This document shows positions 19,594 to 28,517 of a stretch of DNA of 64,000 nt, piece by piece. Position 1 is the stretch's first letter. Every line of letters starts with the position of its first letter. The notes under the pieces are model-generated. The model had not been told where the DNA came from. It was given only the letters and a program-made list of their open reading frames with translations, and did no database searches. Location: assembly GCA_041687695.1 (NCBI GenBank), contig JAWLBL010000001.1, forward strand, positions 355,461-419,460. The letters are read 5' to 3'. The stretch is from Myxococcota bacterium (lineage in GTDB: Bacteria; Myxococcota_A; UBA9042; PHBI01; JAWLBL01). Position numbers and translations under genes: made by a program.

Positions 19594-20114
19594 GTACCAG
19601 CGAGACCCGCGAGCGGGGTAAGGACGCTCGCAAGCACGTCCAGACCAACCGGCTGCGCCAGCCGAGCCGCGAGCGGCTCGCCACCGTCGACAAGGTCTCC
19701 GTGGTCGACGACCTGCTCATCGTCATGACGCAGGCCTTCTGCCACCACGGCCACCCGCTGGTGACGCCCGACAACCCGCGCTTCGACGGCTTCCCGGGCG
19801 TGCGCGTGCGCGTCAAGGCGCTCGGCGCCGTGCAGGACGTCATCCTGTCGCCCATCCACGGCCACCACGACCGCCGCGGCGGCGAGGGCCTGCCCGACCA
19901 CGTCAAGTGCGAGGTGCGCTGCCCGACCTGCTCGGAGTCGCTGCCCGTCTACAACGACTGCCCCTGCGGCGTGGGCCAGCTACGGACGATCTTCCTGACC
20001 CCCGAGCGCGCCGACGCCCACGTCGCCGCGATCTGCGACGTCTGGGGCTGCCACCGCTCGCGCGTCATGGACGAGTTCGAGATCCTGAGCGAGTTCGTCG
20101 ACCTCGAGGCCTGA
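19590..20114 (+). CDS. Hypothetical Cys/His-rich (probable Zn-binding) protein
   Basis: CHHGH, CPTC, CPCG, CDVWGCH. ATGA overlap with the EVE gene. Confidence 0.8.
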   Translation: MSTSETRERGKDARKHVQTNRLRQPSRERLATVDKVSVVDDLLIVMTQAFCHHGHPLVTPDNPRFDGFPGVRVRVKALGAVQDVILSPIHGHHDRRGGEGLPDHVKCEVRCPTCSESLPVYNDCPCGVGQLRTIFLTPERADAHVAAICDVWGCHRSRVMDEFEILSEFVDLEA

Positions 20115-20229
20115 GCTCGGGTCCGTCGCGCCGAGGAGGCTGGCCGAGAGGCTGGCCGTTCCTGGCCCGGCCTTGCTTCCGTGTGGGAGTGCGTGGTCTC
20201 CTTGCGGTTCGCCGAACAGGGGGGCCGAC

Positions 20230-21636
20230 ATGGGACACGAACGCTACCGAGGGTTGGTCGTCGCGTTGCTGCTCGTCGTGGGCTGCGGCGACTCGACGCA
20301 GGGCGACCCGGACGATGCGGGGTCACTGGCGGAGGTGGCCGACGGCGGGGCCGATGCCGCGGAGACCGAGCCGGCGGACGTACCGGCCGAAGCGGCCGAG
20401 GAGGTCGCGCCCGCCCTGCCCTGCCTCGTGGTGACGCCGGGCGAGGTCGACTTCGGGGCGGTCCTGGTCGGGACGGTCGCGACGCAGTCGGTGACGCTGT
20501 CGACCTGCTCCGAGGCGCCGGTGACCATCGACGCCATCGGGCTCGATGAAGGCAGCGCCGAGGCCTTCTCGCTGGTGCTGGGAGACGCCTTCGGGCCGCC
20601 GGGCGGCTCGGGCGCCATCGGGGGCGCGGAGGGGGGCGTGACGCTCGCGCCCGGAAGCGCCTACGACTTCGAGGTGCGCTACGCCCCGGAGACCGCGTCG
20701 CCCGTGGGCGTCGACGGCAGCGCGATCCCCAGCCTGACGCGGCTGAACGTCGACTGGGAGACGTTCGGACGCACCGAGGTCCCGGTCTCGGCGGTCGCGA
20801 TCCCCCACGCCTGCCCGACCGCCGTCATCAAGGTCGCCGAGGGCGAGGAGGTCATCCCGGGGACCGTCCTGCACCTGTCGGGGGAGCAGAGCTACTTCCC
20901 GGGGATGGGCCCCATCCAGAAGTACCAATGGTCGGTCCAGCAGCCGGCCGGGTCGGCCTCGACGTTCGTGCCCAACGCAAACGCTCCCAACCCCACCTTC
21001 GAGGCCAACGTGCAGGGGGTCTACACGTTCTCGCTCGAGGTCTGGGGAGCCGGCGACGTCAAGTCGTGCGGGCCCGCGCAGTACAGCGTCATCGTCCTGC
21101 CGGACAACGCGATCCGCGTCGAGCTGGGCTGGGACACGCCGGGCCTGCCGGACACCAGCGAAGCCGGGTTCCCTCCGGACCTGGACCTGCACTTCGCGCA
21201 CCCGTTCGCGACCGGCTACGACATCGACGGTGACGCCGTGCACGATGGCTGGTTCGACAACCCGTTCGATGTCTACTGGTTCAATCCCAACCCCGATTGG
21301 GGGGCGTTCGGCAACCCGGACGACAACCCCGAGCTGCACTGGGACAAGGGGAGCTCCGAGGTCCTGTGGCTCAACGTGCCCGAGGACGGGATGCGCTATC
21401 GGGTCGGCGCCCACTACTGGAACGACCACGGCTTCGGGCCCAGCGTCGCGACCGTGCGCATCTACGTCTACGACCAGCTGGTGTTCGAGTCCGAGCCCAT
21501 GACGATGGTCAGCCGCGACTTCTGCGAGGTCGCCACCATCGACTGGCCGGCGGGGACCGTCCTGCCGGTGCTGGCGCCCTCGGGTGGCTACGCCTGCACG
21601 CCCGACTTCCAGCACCCGCTGTTCGTGGGCGAGTAG
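20230..21636 (+). CDS. Lipoprotein with Ig-like (ASH/choice-of-anchor D-like) and PKD-like domains
   Basis: Lipobox LLVVGC, VTPGEVDFGAV, LHLSGEQSY...YQWSV...GVYTFSLEV, and C-terminal DLDLHF...NPNPDWG. Confidence 0.8.
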   Translation: MGHERYRGLVVALLLVVGCGDSTQGDPDDAGSLAEVADGGADAAETEPADVPAEAAEEVAPALPCLVVTPGEVDFGAVLVGTVATQSVTLSTCSEAPVTIDAIGLDEGSAEAFSLVLGDAFGPPGGSGAIGGAEGGVTLAPGSAYDFEVRYAPETASPVGVDGSAIPSLTRLNVDWETFGRTEVPVSAVAIPHACPTAVIKVAEGEEVIPGTVLHLSGEQSYFPGMGPIQKYQWSVQQPAGSASTFVPNANAPNPTFEANVQGVYTFSLEVWGAGDVKSCGPAQYSVIVLPDNAIRVELGWDTPGLPDTSEAGFPPDLDLHFAHPFATGYDIDGDAVHDGWFDNPFDVYWFNPNPDWGAFGNPDDNPELHWDKGSSEVLWLNVPEDGMRYRVGAHYWNDHGFGPSVATVRIYVYDQLVFESEPMTMVSRDFCEVATIDWPAGTVLPVLAPSGGYACTPDFQHPLFVGE

Positions 21637-21658
21637 CGGGCCGCGGCGGGTCCGCCAA

Positions 21659-22081
21659 TCACGGCTCGCCGACCAGCAGGTTCTCGAAGGGATGGCGCCG
21701 CTTCCAGCGGTAGGTCTGGAAGTCGCGCTCGTCGGTCGAGAGGATGCGCCCGTGGCCGAGGTGCTCGGCGAGGATGACCAGCGAGGCGTCGGCCAGGTCC
21801 ATGGGCAGGTCCGCGTACTGGTTCATCAGCTGCGACAGGCGCGGGGCGTCCGTGGCCGCCAGGGGATGAACCTCGAACGCCCCGCGGGCGAAGCTGTCGA
21901 TGAAGCGTGTCTGGGCCGCGCCTCCGAGCCTCGTGAGCAGCAGGTGGCAGGTCTCGGTCATGACGGGCCACGTCGTGATCAGGGGCTCGTCGAGCCGCGA
22001 CAGGCAGTCGCGCGCGCGCTGGTGGCGCCGATCGCGACGGTTGCCCAACGCCAGCCAGAAGCCGGTGTCAGCGAGGATCAT
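21659..22081 (-). CDS. vapC: PIN-domain toxin (VapC)
   Basis: MILADTG, TWPVMTE, MDLADASLV, ILSTDERDF. Confidence 0.92.
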   Translation of the reverse strand: MILADTGFWLALGNRRDRRHQRARDCLSRLDEPLITTWPVMTETCHLLLTRLGGAAQTRFIDSFARGAFEVHPLAATDAPRLSQLMNQYADLPMDLADASLVILAEHLGHGRILSTDERDFQTYRWKRRHPFENLLVGEP

Positions 22082-22322
22082 GCTTGCGCTCGAACGACTC
22101 GGCGAGCTGGGCTTTATAGGAATCGGACAGATCCTCGGGTCCGTCTGCGCAGCCGATGAAGCCCTCCAGCTCCCGGCGCGCCGTGGCCACGCTCTCGGCC
22201 AGGCGCTCGTGGTAGACGTCGATGGCTTCCTTGAGGATGTCCGAGACGCTCAGCCCGGTGCGACGGGCGATCTCCTCGAGCTTGCGCTGTCGCTCGAGAT
22301 CCAGCCTCGCGTTGACTCGCAT
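22068..22322 (-). CDS. Ribbon-helix-helix (CopG-like) antitoxin
   Basis: MRVNARLD...LEEIARRTGLSVSDILKEAI...FIGCADGPEDLS. Overlaps the start of vapC. Confidence 0.88.
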   Translation of the reverse strand: MRVNARLDLERQRKLEEIARRTGLSVSDILKEAIDVYHERLAESVATARRELEGFIGCADGPEDLSDSYKAQLAESFERKHDPR

Positions 22323-22333
22323 CGCCGCCTCCC

Positions 22334-22370
22334 GTCAGACAGCTGTATGACGCCCAGTGGCGCGGGTCAA
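22334..22370 (-). promoter_or_regulatory. TA promoter with overlapping palindromic operator
   Basis: Minus strand TTGACC-N17-TACAGC. Imperfect palindrome GTCAGACAGCTGTATGAC (22334-22351) covers the -10 box. Confidence 0.65.
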
Positions 22371-22384
22371 GGGCCGAGCGAAGG

Positions 22385-24952
22385 CTACTCCCAGGCCTTG
22401 ACGCCGAAGCCGCGGACGGGGGCGGCCGAGGCGAAGGCCGGGCGGACGCGGACGGTGAAGCCGTTGTGGCCGGCGGCGCGGGGGGTCCAGGTGCCGTGGT
22501 AGCGGTACCAGCCGTCCGACGGCGGGGCCTTGGGGGTCATGGGGGCGTGGGTACCGCCGACGATGCGGCGGGAGCCGTCGACCAGGCCGCCGTAGATCTC
22601 GACGTTGACGTCCTCGGGGGCCAGCGAGCCGAGGTAGATGGAGGTCTCGACCGTGACCTCGCTGCCGAGCGGCAGGTCGCGGGGGCCGCCGACGTGGACG
22701 TCGCCGATGTGGACGTGGCCCCAGGTGTGGCGCAGGGCCTCGGCGCGGCGCGCGCGCTCGCGGGCCTCGCGGAAGTCGTCGGCCGCCAGGCGCTGGTGGG
22801 CCTCGGAGGCTGGCAGGTAGAGCTGCTCGGCGTAGTCCTGCAGCATGCGGTCGGTCGAGAAGACCGCGGTGAGGTCGCGCATGGAGCGCTTCATGCGGCG
22901 CAGCCACTTGCGCGGCAGGCGGTCGGCCGAGCGGTCGTAGAACTCGGGGACGATCTGGTTCTCGACCAGATCCAGCAGCAGATCGGCCTCGATGGCGTCG
23001 CCGCGGTCGACGTCCTCGTAGGTCTCGCCCGCGCCGATGGCCCAGCCGTTGGTGCCGTCGTAGGCCTCGGCCCACCAGCCGTCGAGGACCGACAGGTTGA
23101 GGCCCCCGTTGGACAGGACCTTCATCCCCGAGGTGCCGCTCGCCTCCTTGGGGCGGCGCGGGTTGTTCAGCCACACGTCGACGCCCTGCACGAGGCGCCG
23201 CGCGACGCCCATGTCGTACTCCTCGAGGAAGACGATGCGCCGGCGGATCATCGGGTCGCGGGCGAAGTGGACGATCTCTCGGATGAGCTCCTTGCCGGGC
23301 ACGTCCTTGGGGTGCGCCTTGCCGGCGAAGATGATCTGCACGGGCCGCTCGGGGTCGCACAGCAGCGCGCGCAGGCGGTCGGGCTGGCGGAGCAGCAGGT
23401 TGGCGCGCTTGTAGGTGGCGAAGCGGCGCGCGAAGCCGATGGTCAGCACGTGCGGGTCGAGCAGCTCGCTCGCCTCGGCGATCTCGTCCTCGGGCCGGCC
23501 CTTGCGCTTGAGCTGCCGCTTGACGCGCTGCCGGACGAAGGTGACCAGGCGCTCGCGGCGGCGCTCGTGGGTGCGCCACAGCTCGGCGTCCGGGATGGTC
23601 TCGACCGCCTGCCAGACGTTCGGGTTGGCCGTGTCGGTCGCCCAGCGCTCGCCCAGGTAGCGGTCGAGCAGCGCGCCCATCTCGGCCGAGGTCCAGGTGC
23701 GGACGTGGATCCCGTTGGTCACGGCCCCGATGGGCACCTCGTGCGGCTCGTGCCCCGGCCACAGGCGCGTCCACATCGCGCGCGAGACCTCGCCGTGCAG
23801 CTGCGAGACGCCGTTGATGTGCTCGGCGCAGCGCAGGGCCAGGTAGGCCATGTTGAAGCCGCCGCGCAGCTCGGGGTCGCCCTCGTGGGCGCCCAGGGCC
23901 AGAAAGTCGCGGCGCGAGATGCCGAGCTGCTCGTGCAGGCGCGGCAGGAAGCGGTCGAGCTGCTCGACCGAGAAGATGTCGAAGCCCGCCGGGACCGGCG
24001 TGTGGGTCGTGAAGACGTGGGAGGCCGAGCAGACCTCGTGGGCGACCGAGAACGGCAGGCCCGTGCGCTCGACCACCATGCGGATGCGCTCGAGCGCCAT
24101 GAAGGCCGAGTGGCCCTCGTTCATGTGGAAGACCGTCGGCGCGTGCCCGAGGTGCATCAGGGCGCGCAGGCCGCCGATGCCCAGGACGATCTCCTGCTTG
24201 AAGCGCAGCTCGGTGCCGCCGCCGTACAGCTGGTTGGTGATGACCCGGTCCTCGGGCGCGTTCGACGGGCTGTTGGTGTCGAGCAGGTAAAGCCGCGTCC
24301 GCCCGATGCGCACCTCCCAGATGCGCACCTTGACCGGCCGCCCCTCGATCTCGACGTGGATGGACGCCTGGCTGCCGTCCTGCAGACGCGCCCGCCGCAT
24401 CGGCAGGTTGGTGAAGTCGTTGTCGTAGGGGTCCTCTTGCTGCCAGCCGTCCTCGTTGAGGTACTGGCGGAAGTAGCCCTCTTGATACGCGAGGCCGACG
24501 GCGACCAGCGGCACGCCGACGCCGTGCGAGCTCTTGAGGTGGTCGCCCGACAGCACGCCCAGGCCGCCCGAGTAGATGGGCAGCGCCTCGGTCAGGCCGT
24601 ACTCGGCGCTGAAGTAGGCCACCTGGAGCTTGCCGTCTCGCGTCAGCTCGCCGTGGTGGCGCTCGAACCAGGTCGTGCGCTCCAGCTCGGCGCGCGTGTG
24701 ATCGGCGACGCGCTGCATGTGGGTCAGGAAGGCCTCGTCGTCCTGCAGCTGGTCGAGGCGCGCCTGATCGAGCCGCCCGAGCAGCGCCACCGGGTTGCCG
24801 TTGACCTCCTCCCACAGGCGGCTGTCCATGCGGCGGAAGAGCGCGCGCGCGTCGGGGGTCCAGCTCCACGTCAGATCGTAGGCGAGCGCCTCGAGCGGCC
24901 GGAGCTTGTCGGGCAGCGAGGGGGTCACGTTGAACGTGTGGACGCGGGCCAT
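22385..24952 (-). CDS. glgP: Alpha-glucan (glycogen/maltodextrin) phosphorylase
   Basis: YSGGLGVLSGDHLK, HMNEGH, FARRFATYKRA, EASGTSGMK (PLP lysine). Confidence 0.97.
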   Translation of the reverse strand: MARVHTFNVTPSLPDKLRPLEALAYDLTWSWTPDARALFRRMDSRLWEEVNGNPVALLGRLDQARLDQLQDDEAFLTHMQRVADHTRAELERTTWFERHHGELTRDGKLQVAYFSAEYGLTEALPIYSGGLGVLSGDHLKSSHGVGVPLVAVGLAYQEGYFRQYLNEDGWQQEDPYDNDFTNLPMRRARLQDGSQASIHVEIEGRPVKVRIWEVRIGRTRLYLLDTNSPSNAPEDRVITNQLYGGGTELRFKQEIVLGIGGLRALMHLGHAPTVFHMNEGHSAFMALERIRMVVERTGLPFSVAHEVCSASHVFTTHTPVPAGFDIFSVEQLDRFLPRLHEQLGISRRDFLALGAHEGDPELRGGFNMAYLALRCAEHINGVSQLHGEVSRAMWTRLWPGHEPHEVPIGAVTNGIHVRTWTSAEMGALLDRYLGERWATDTANPNVWQAVETIPDAELWRTHERRRERLVTFVRQRVKRQLKRKGRPEDEIAEASELLDPHVLTIGFARRFATYKRANLLLRQPDRLRALLCDPERPVQIIFAGKAHPKDVPGKELIREIVHFARDPMIRRRIVFLEEYDMGVARRLVQGVDVWLNNPRRPKEASGTSGMKVLSNGGLNLSVLDGWWAEAYDGTNGWAIGAGETYEDVDRGDAIEADLLLDLVENQIVPEFYDRSADRLPRKWLRRMKRSMRDLTAVFSTDRMLQDYAEQLYLPASEAHQRLAADDFREARERARRAEALRHTWGHVHIGDVHVGGPRDLPLGSEVTVETSIYLGSLAPEDVNVEIYGGLVDGSRRIVGGTHAPMTPKAPPSDGWYRYHGTWTPRAAGHNGFTVRVRPAFASAAPVRGFGVKAWE

Positions 24953-25148
24953 GGGCGCTCCTGTCGGAGGACGGGGCGAGGGGTCGACGGCGGGTGGGCG
25001 CGGGGCGCCCGAACACGCGGGCTCGGCGCGAGTGGGCGTGGTGTGGAGCGTGTTAGCAGACGCAGCGCAGGAGGTGAAGGCAAGGGGCGGCGACGGCCGC
25101 GGCGCCGTGGGGGTGGGCGCGCCTCGATTGAGCTTGCGCGACGCGGGG

Positions 25149-25178
25149 TTGACCCGGTTCGGGGGGACTCCCTACAGT
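25149..25178 (+). promoter_or_regulatory. Putative sigma70 promoter
   Basis: TTGACC-N18-TACAGT. The same pattern occurs at 32852-32881. Confidence 0.55.
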
Positions 25179-25245
25179 GCCGCCGGGCTCGGCCTGGAGG
25201 GACGATGAGCAGCGCGAGGGAGCGGCGGGCGGCGGCGGTGCGGCC

Positions 25246-26241
25246 ATGAGCGGCTTCGGCGGCCGCCCCGCGTACGAGGCCACGCAGCTGGTGCGGCGTC
25301 TGCCCGAGCCCGACCCCGGGCGGCTGGCCGCGGCGCTGGCCGAGGCCAAGCGACGCCCCATCGCCTACGCCCTGGGCACGGGCGAGGCCGAGGAGGTGGC
25401 CCTGTTCCGGGGCTTGAAGCCCGTGCTGCGCCAGAGCCACCCCGACGAGACCATCGAGGCCGCCAAGGCGCGCTTTCGCGCGATGGGCTTCACGGTGCGC
25501 ACCGTCGCCCCGGCCGAGTCGATGGTCGGCATGCCGCAGTGGCTGCTGTTCGCCGGCAAGGAGCGCGACCGCGTGATCGCCGCGGCGCGCTGCGAGGTCC
25601 AGGCCGCCAAGGGCCACGAGCGCCTGCTGGGCATGCTGCTGGGCTACCCCGAGTGCTGCGTCGACGCGTTCGTCGACGCGCCCCAGCCCCGCGGCCTCCG
25701 CGCCCTGGCGCGCAGGGCCATGGAGCGCGCCGAGGGCCCCGGCTTCGCGCGCCTCAACGCGCTGGATCCGTCGATGTTCCACTACATCTCGTGGTCGCCC
25801 TGCTCGCTGCGCTGCGCGCCCTCGAAGGCCTACGCCGACGCGGTGGCCGCCTGCATCGGCCACGAGTACGGCCAGGCCGTGCACCACGGCGACGGGCGCA
25901 CGCGCTGCCCGCCGGGGTGCCGGCACGCCAGGTTCGTCGAGGCCATCGACCGAGCGTTGAGCGCGCACCGGCTGCTGGCGACCGACGCCGTGCAGGTCTC
26001 GCTGACCGGTCGCTTCGAGGGCGCCACGCTGCACGTCGAGCAGGCCTGGGCCACCGAGCGGGACCGCCACCCGAGCGTGCCGACCGTCCCGGCCGTGCGC
26101 GAGGCCGCCGTCCGGCTGGCGGCGCTGGCCACCGAGGCCGGCACGGTCGCCGTCGTGGACGACCAGCTGGTCCTGGGCGGGCGCTGGGGCGGCCAGCCGG
26201 TGGCCACGGTCGAGGGAGCGCTGCTGGTCCCGTTCGAGTAG
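25246..26241 (+). CDS. DUF483-like hypothetical protein with Cys motifs
   Basis: GLKPVLR, LGMLLGYPECCVDAF, YISWSPCSLRCAPS. Confidence 0.72.
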   Translation: MSGFGGRPAYEATQLVRRLPEPDPGRLAAALAEAKRRPIAYALGTGEAEEVALFRGLKPVLRQSHPDETIEAAKARFRAMGFTVRTVAPAESMVGMPQWLLFAGKERDRVIAAARCEVQAAKGHERLLGMLLGYPECCVDAFVDAPQPRGLRALARRAMERAEGPGFARLNALDPSMFHYISWSPCSLRCAPSKAYADAVAACIGHEYGQAVHHGDGRTRCPPGCRHARFVEAIDRALSAHRLLATDAVQVSLTGRFEGATLHVEQAWATERDRHPSVPTVPAVREAAVRLAALATEAGTVAVVDDQLVLGGRWGGQPVATVEGALLVPFE

Positions 26242-26251
26242 GCTGCGGCTC

Positions 26252-28516
26252 ATGCTCGCCGACACCCGCCGTCCGCCCCGCCCCCCGGCCCGCATCGTCC
26301 ACCTGCCGGCGCCCGCCTTCATGGACGCTTGGCCGGTCGGGCTGCGGCCGGCGCGGATCGTGGCGACTCAGCGGGCGGTGGGGCTGCTGTACGTGCACCC
26401 CGAGCGCGGCGGCGTGCAGCTGTGGGTGGCCGACGCGCCGGGGCGGGCCGGGCGCGGGGTGGCCGTGTCGGTCGGCGAGGACGCGATCGGCGACGCGCAG
26501 GCGACCGGGCGGCTGTGCGAGGCGGTCAGGGCGCGGCTCGAGCGGGCGGCCCCGGCGTCGTGGCGGTGGCTGGACCAGGCGCGGGCGGTGATCGCGCAGC
26601 TGGCCGAGGGGGGCCCGGTCAGGGGCGTCCTCGGACAGGCGCTGGAGGCGGCCGAGGCGCCGGCCGATCGGGCGGCCGACCGGGCGCGGCTCGAGGCGTT
26701 GCCGCCGGCCGTGAGCGTGGCCGTGCGGGTCATGTGGGCGCGGCGAGGGGAGCTGGTCCGGGCGCTGGACGGCTACGAGGCGCAGGCGCCGGACGAGGCG
26801 GCCTCGGCGAGCGACTGGGCGTGCCGGGCCCTGCTCGCGGCGATGAGCGGCCGGCCGCGCGAGGGCCTCGCGCTGGCCGAGGGGGCGGCCGCGCGGGCGC
26901 GGGGGCCCGAGGAGCGGCACGCAGCGGCGGCGGCGCTGCAGGCGCTGGGGCGGCCCGACGCGGCGGCGCGGTGCCTGGTCGAGGGGCTGCGCGAGGGGGG
27001 CGTGCAGGCGCTGAGGCTGCTGCAGGCGGCGGCGGAGGCGCGGGCGCCGGGGCTGGCGGCGGCCGGGATGGAGCGGCTGGCGGCGCGGGCGGGGCGGCCG
27101 GACGAGCTGGAGCTGGGCGCGGCGGCGCTGGTCGAGGCGGGCGCGTACGAGGCGGCGGTCGAGGCGCTGGAGCGGCTGTGCGAGGCGCGGCCGACGCCGG
27201 GGCTGCTGACGCGGCTGGCCGAGCTGAGGCTGTGGAAGGAGCAGGCCGGCGCGGCGACGGCGTGCGCCGAGCGGGCGCTGGAGGCGGGGGCGCCGCGCGA
27301 GGCGGTGGCGACCGTGCTGGGGGCGGCCGAGGTGCTGCGGGGGCGGCCCGAGGCGGCGCTGCCGTGGCTGGACGAGGCCGGCGAGGGGGCGGCGGGGGCC
27401 ACGGCGCGGCTGTGGCGGGCGCGGGCGCTGCACGCGCTGGGGCGGGACGACGAGGCGCGGCCGCTGATGCGCCGGTCGGGGTACGACGATCGGCTGCCTT
27501 GGAAGCTGTGGCGCTCGTACCTCGAGGGGCTGGCGGACGCCGAGGCGACCTTCCGCGGGCGCGAGGCCTACCAGGTGCGCATCGTGCTGGCGCAGCTGTT
27601 CGGGGCCGAGGAGGTCGAGGCCGCCTATGCCGACGACCGGCGGCTGCTGGCGCTGCATCGGCGGGCCATCGCGCGGCTGGGCGGCAACTATGGCGCGCAG
27701 GTGAGCCTGCTGGACGAGGGGCGGCTGGTGCCGCTGACGCTGGTGTCGCCGCGCAACCGGGCCATCGCGGCGCAGCTGGCCCTGCCCGCCCGCGGGCTGG
27801 AGGCGACCCTGGCGGACTTCGAGGCGCAGGCGGCCGAGATGCCGGACTCGCCGTATCCGCAGACCTATCGCAGCGAGCTGCTGCTGTGGTCGGGGGACTT
27901 CGAGGGGGCGCGGGCGGCGTTCGCGCGCGTGTGGGACGAGACGCAGACGCGGTGGGCCTACGTCGGGCTGGGCGCGGCGCTGGCGATGATGGGGCGGCAC
28001 GACGAGGCGCTGGCCGCGTGGGCCGAGGGGGCCGAGCACTACGAGTACCTGCCGGCCGAGGCGACCTGGACCTATCGCGCGGACGTGTACCTGGCCCTGG
28101 GGCGGGTGGACGAGGCGCTGGAGGGCTACGAGCACGCGGTCCGGGTGACCGACACGCGGCTGGGGGCATGGCTGGGGCTGGCGGCGGCGCGGCTGATGCG
28201 GGGCGAGGACGCGGCGGCGCGGGCGGCCATGGACCACGCGGCCGAGCTGGCGCCGGGGCTGGTGGCCGAGGTGGCCGGGCGGCTGGGGCTGGACCCGCGG
28301 ACGGGCGCGGCGGGCGAGCTGCGCGCCCTGGTGGCGGCCGCGCGCGAGGCGATGGCGGGCAACCGGGCGTCGACGCTGTACACCTGGCGCGACGCGGGCG
28401 GGCGGCTGCGGGTGCTGCCGTCGGTGCCCGAGCGGCACTGGGCGCGCGCGGCCGAGCAGCTGTCGGTGGCGGCCTACGACCTGCTGGTCGCCGAGGTGGC
28501 CGGGCGCTGGGGCTGA
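26252..28516 (+). CDS. TPR-repeat protein (paralog A)
   Basis: Ala/Leu-rich TPR-like helices. The C-terminal half aligns by eye with the 28518-30851 protein. Confidence 0.8.
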   Translation: MLADTRRPPRPPARIVHLPAPAFMDAWPVGLRPARIVATQRAVGLLYVHPERGGVQLWVADAPGRAGRGVAVSVGEDAIGDAQATGRLCEAVRARLERAAPASWRWLDQARAVIAQLAEGGPVRGVLGQALEAAEAPADRAADRARLEALPPAVSVAVRVMWARRGELVRALDGYEAQAPDEAASASDWACRALLAAMSGRPREGLALAEGAAARARGPEERHAAAAALQALGRPDAAARCLVEGLREGGVQALRLLQAAAEARAPGLAAAGMERLAARAGRPDELELGAAALVEAGAYEAAVEALERLCEARPTPGLLTRLAELRLWKEQAGAATACAERALEAGAPREAVATVLGAAEVLRGRPEAALPWLDEAGEGAAGATARLWRARALHALGRDDEARPLMRRSGYDDRLPWKLWRSYLEGLADAEATFRGREAYQVRIVLAQLFGAEEVEAAYADDRRLLALHRRAIARLGGNYGAQVSLLDEGRLVPLTLVSPRNRAIAAQLALPARGLEATLADFEAQAAEMPDSPYPQTYRSELLLWSGDFEGARAAFARVWDETQTRWAYVGLGAALAMMGRHDEALAAWAEGAEHYEYLPAEATWTYRADVYLALGRVDEALEGYEHAVRVTDTRLGAWLGLAAARLMRGEDAAARAAMDHAAELAPGLVAEVAGRLGLDPRTGAAGELRALVAAAREAMAGNRASTLYTWRDAGGRLRVLPSVPERHWARAAEQLSVAAYDLLVAEVAGRWG

Positions 28517-28517
28517 G

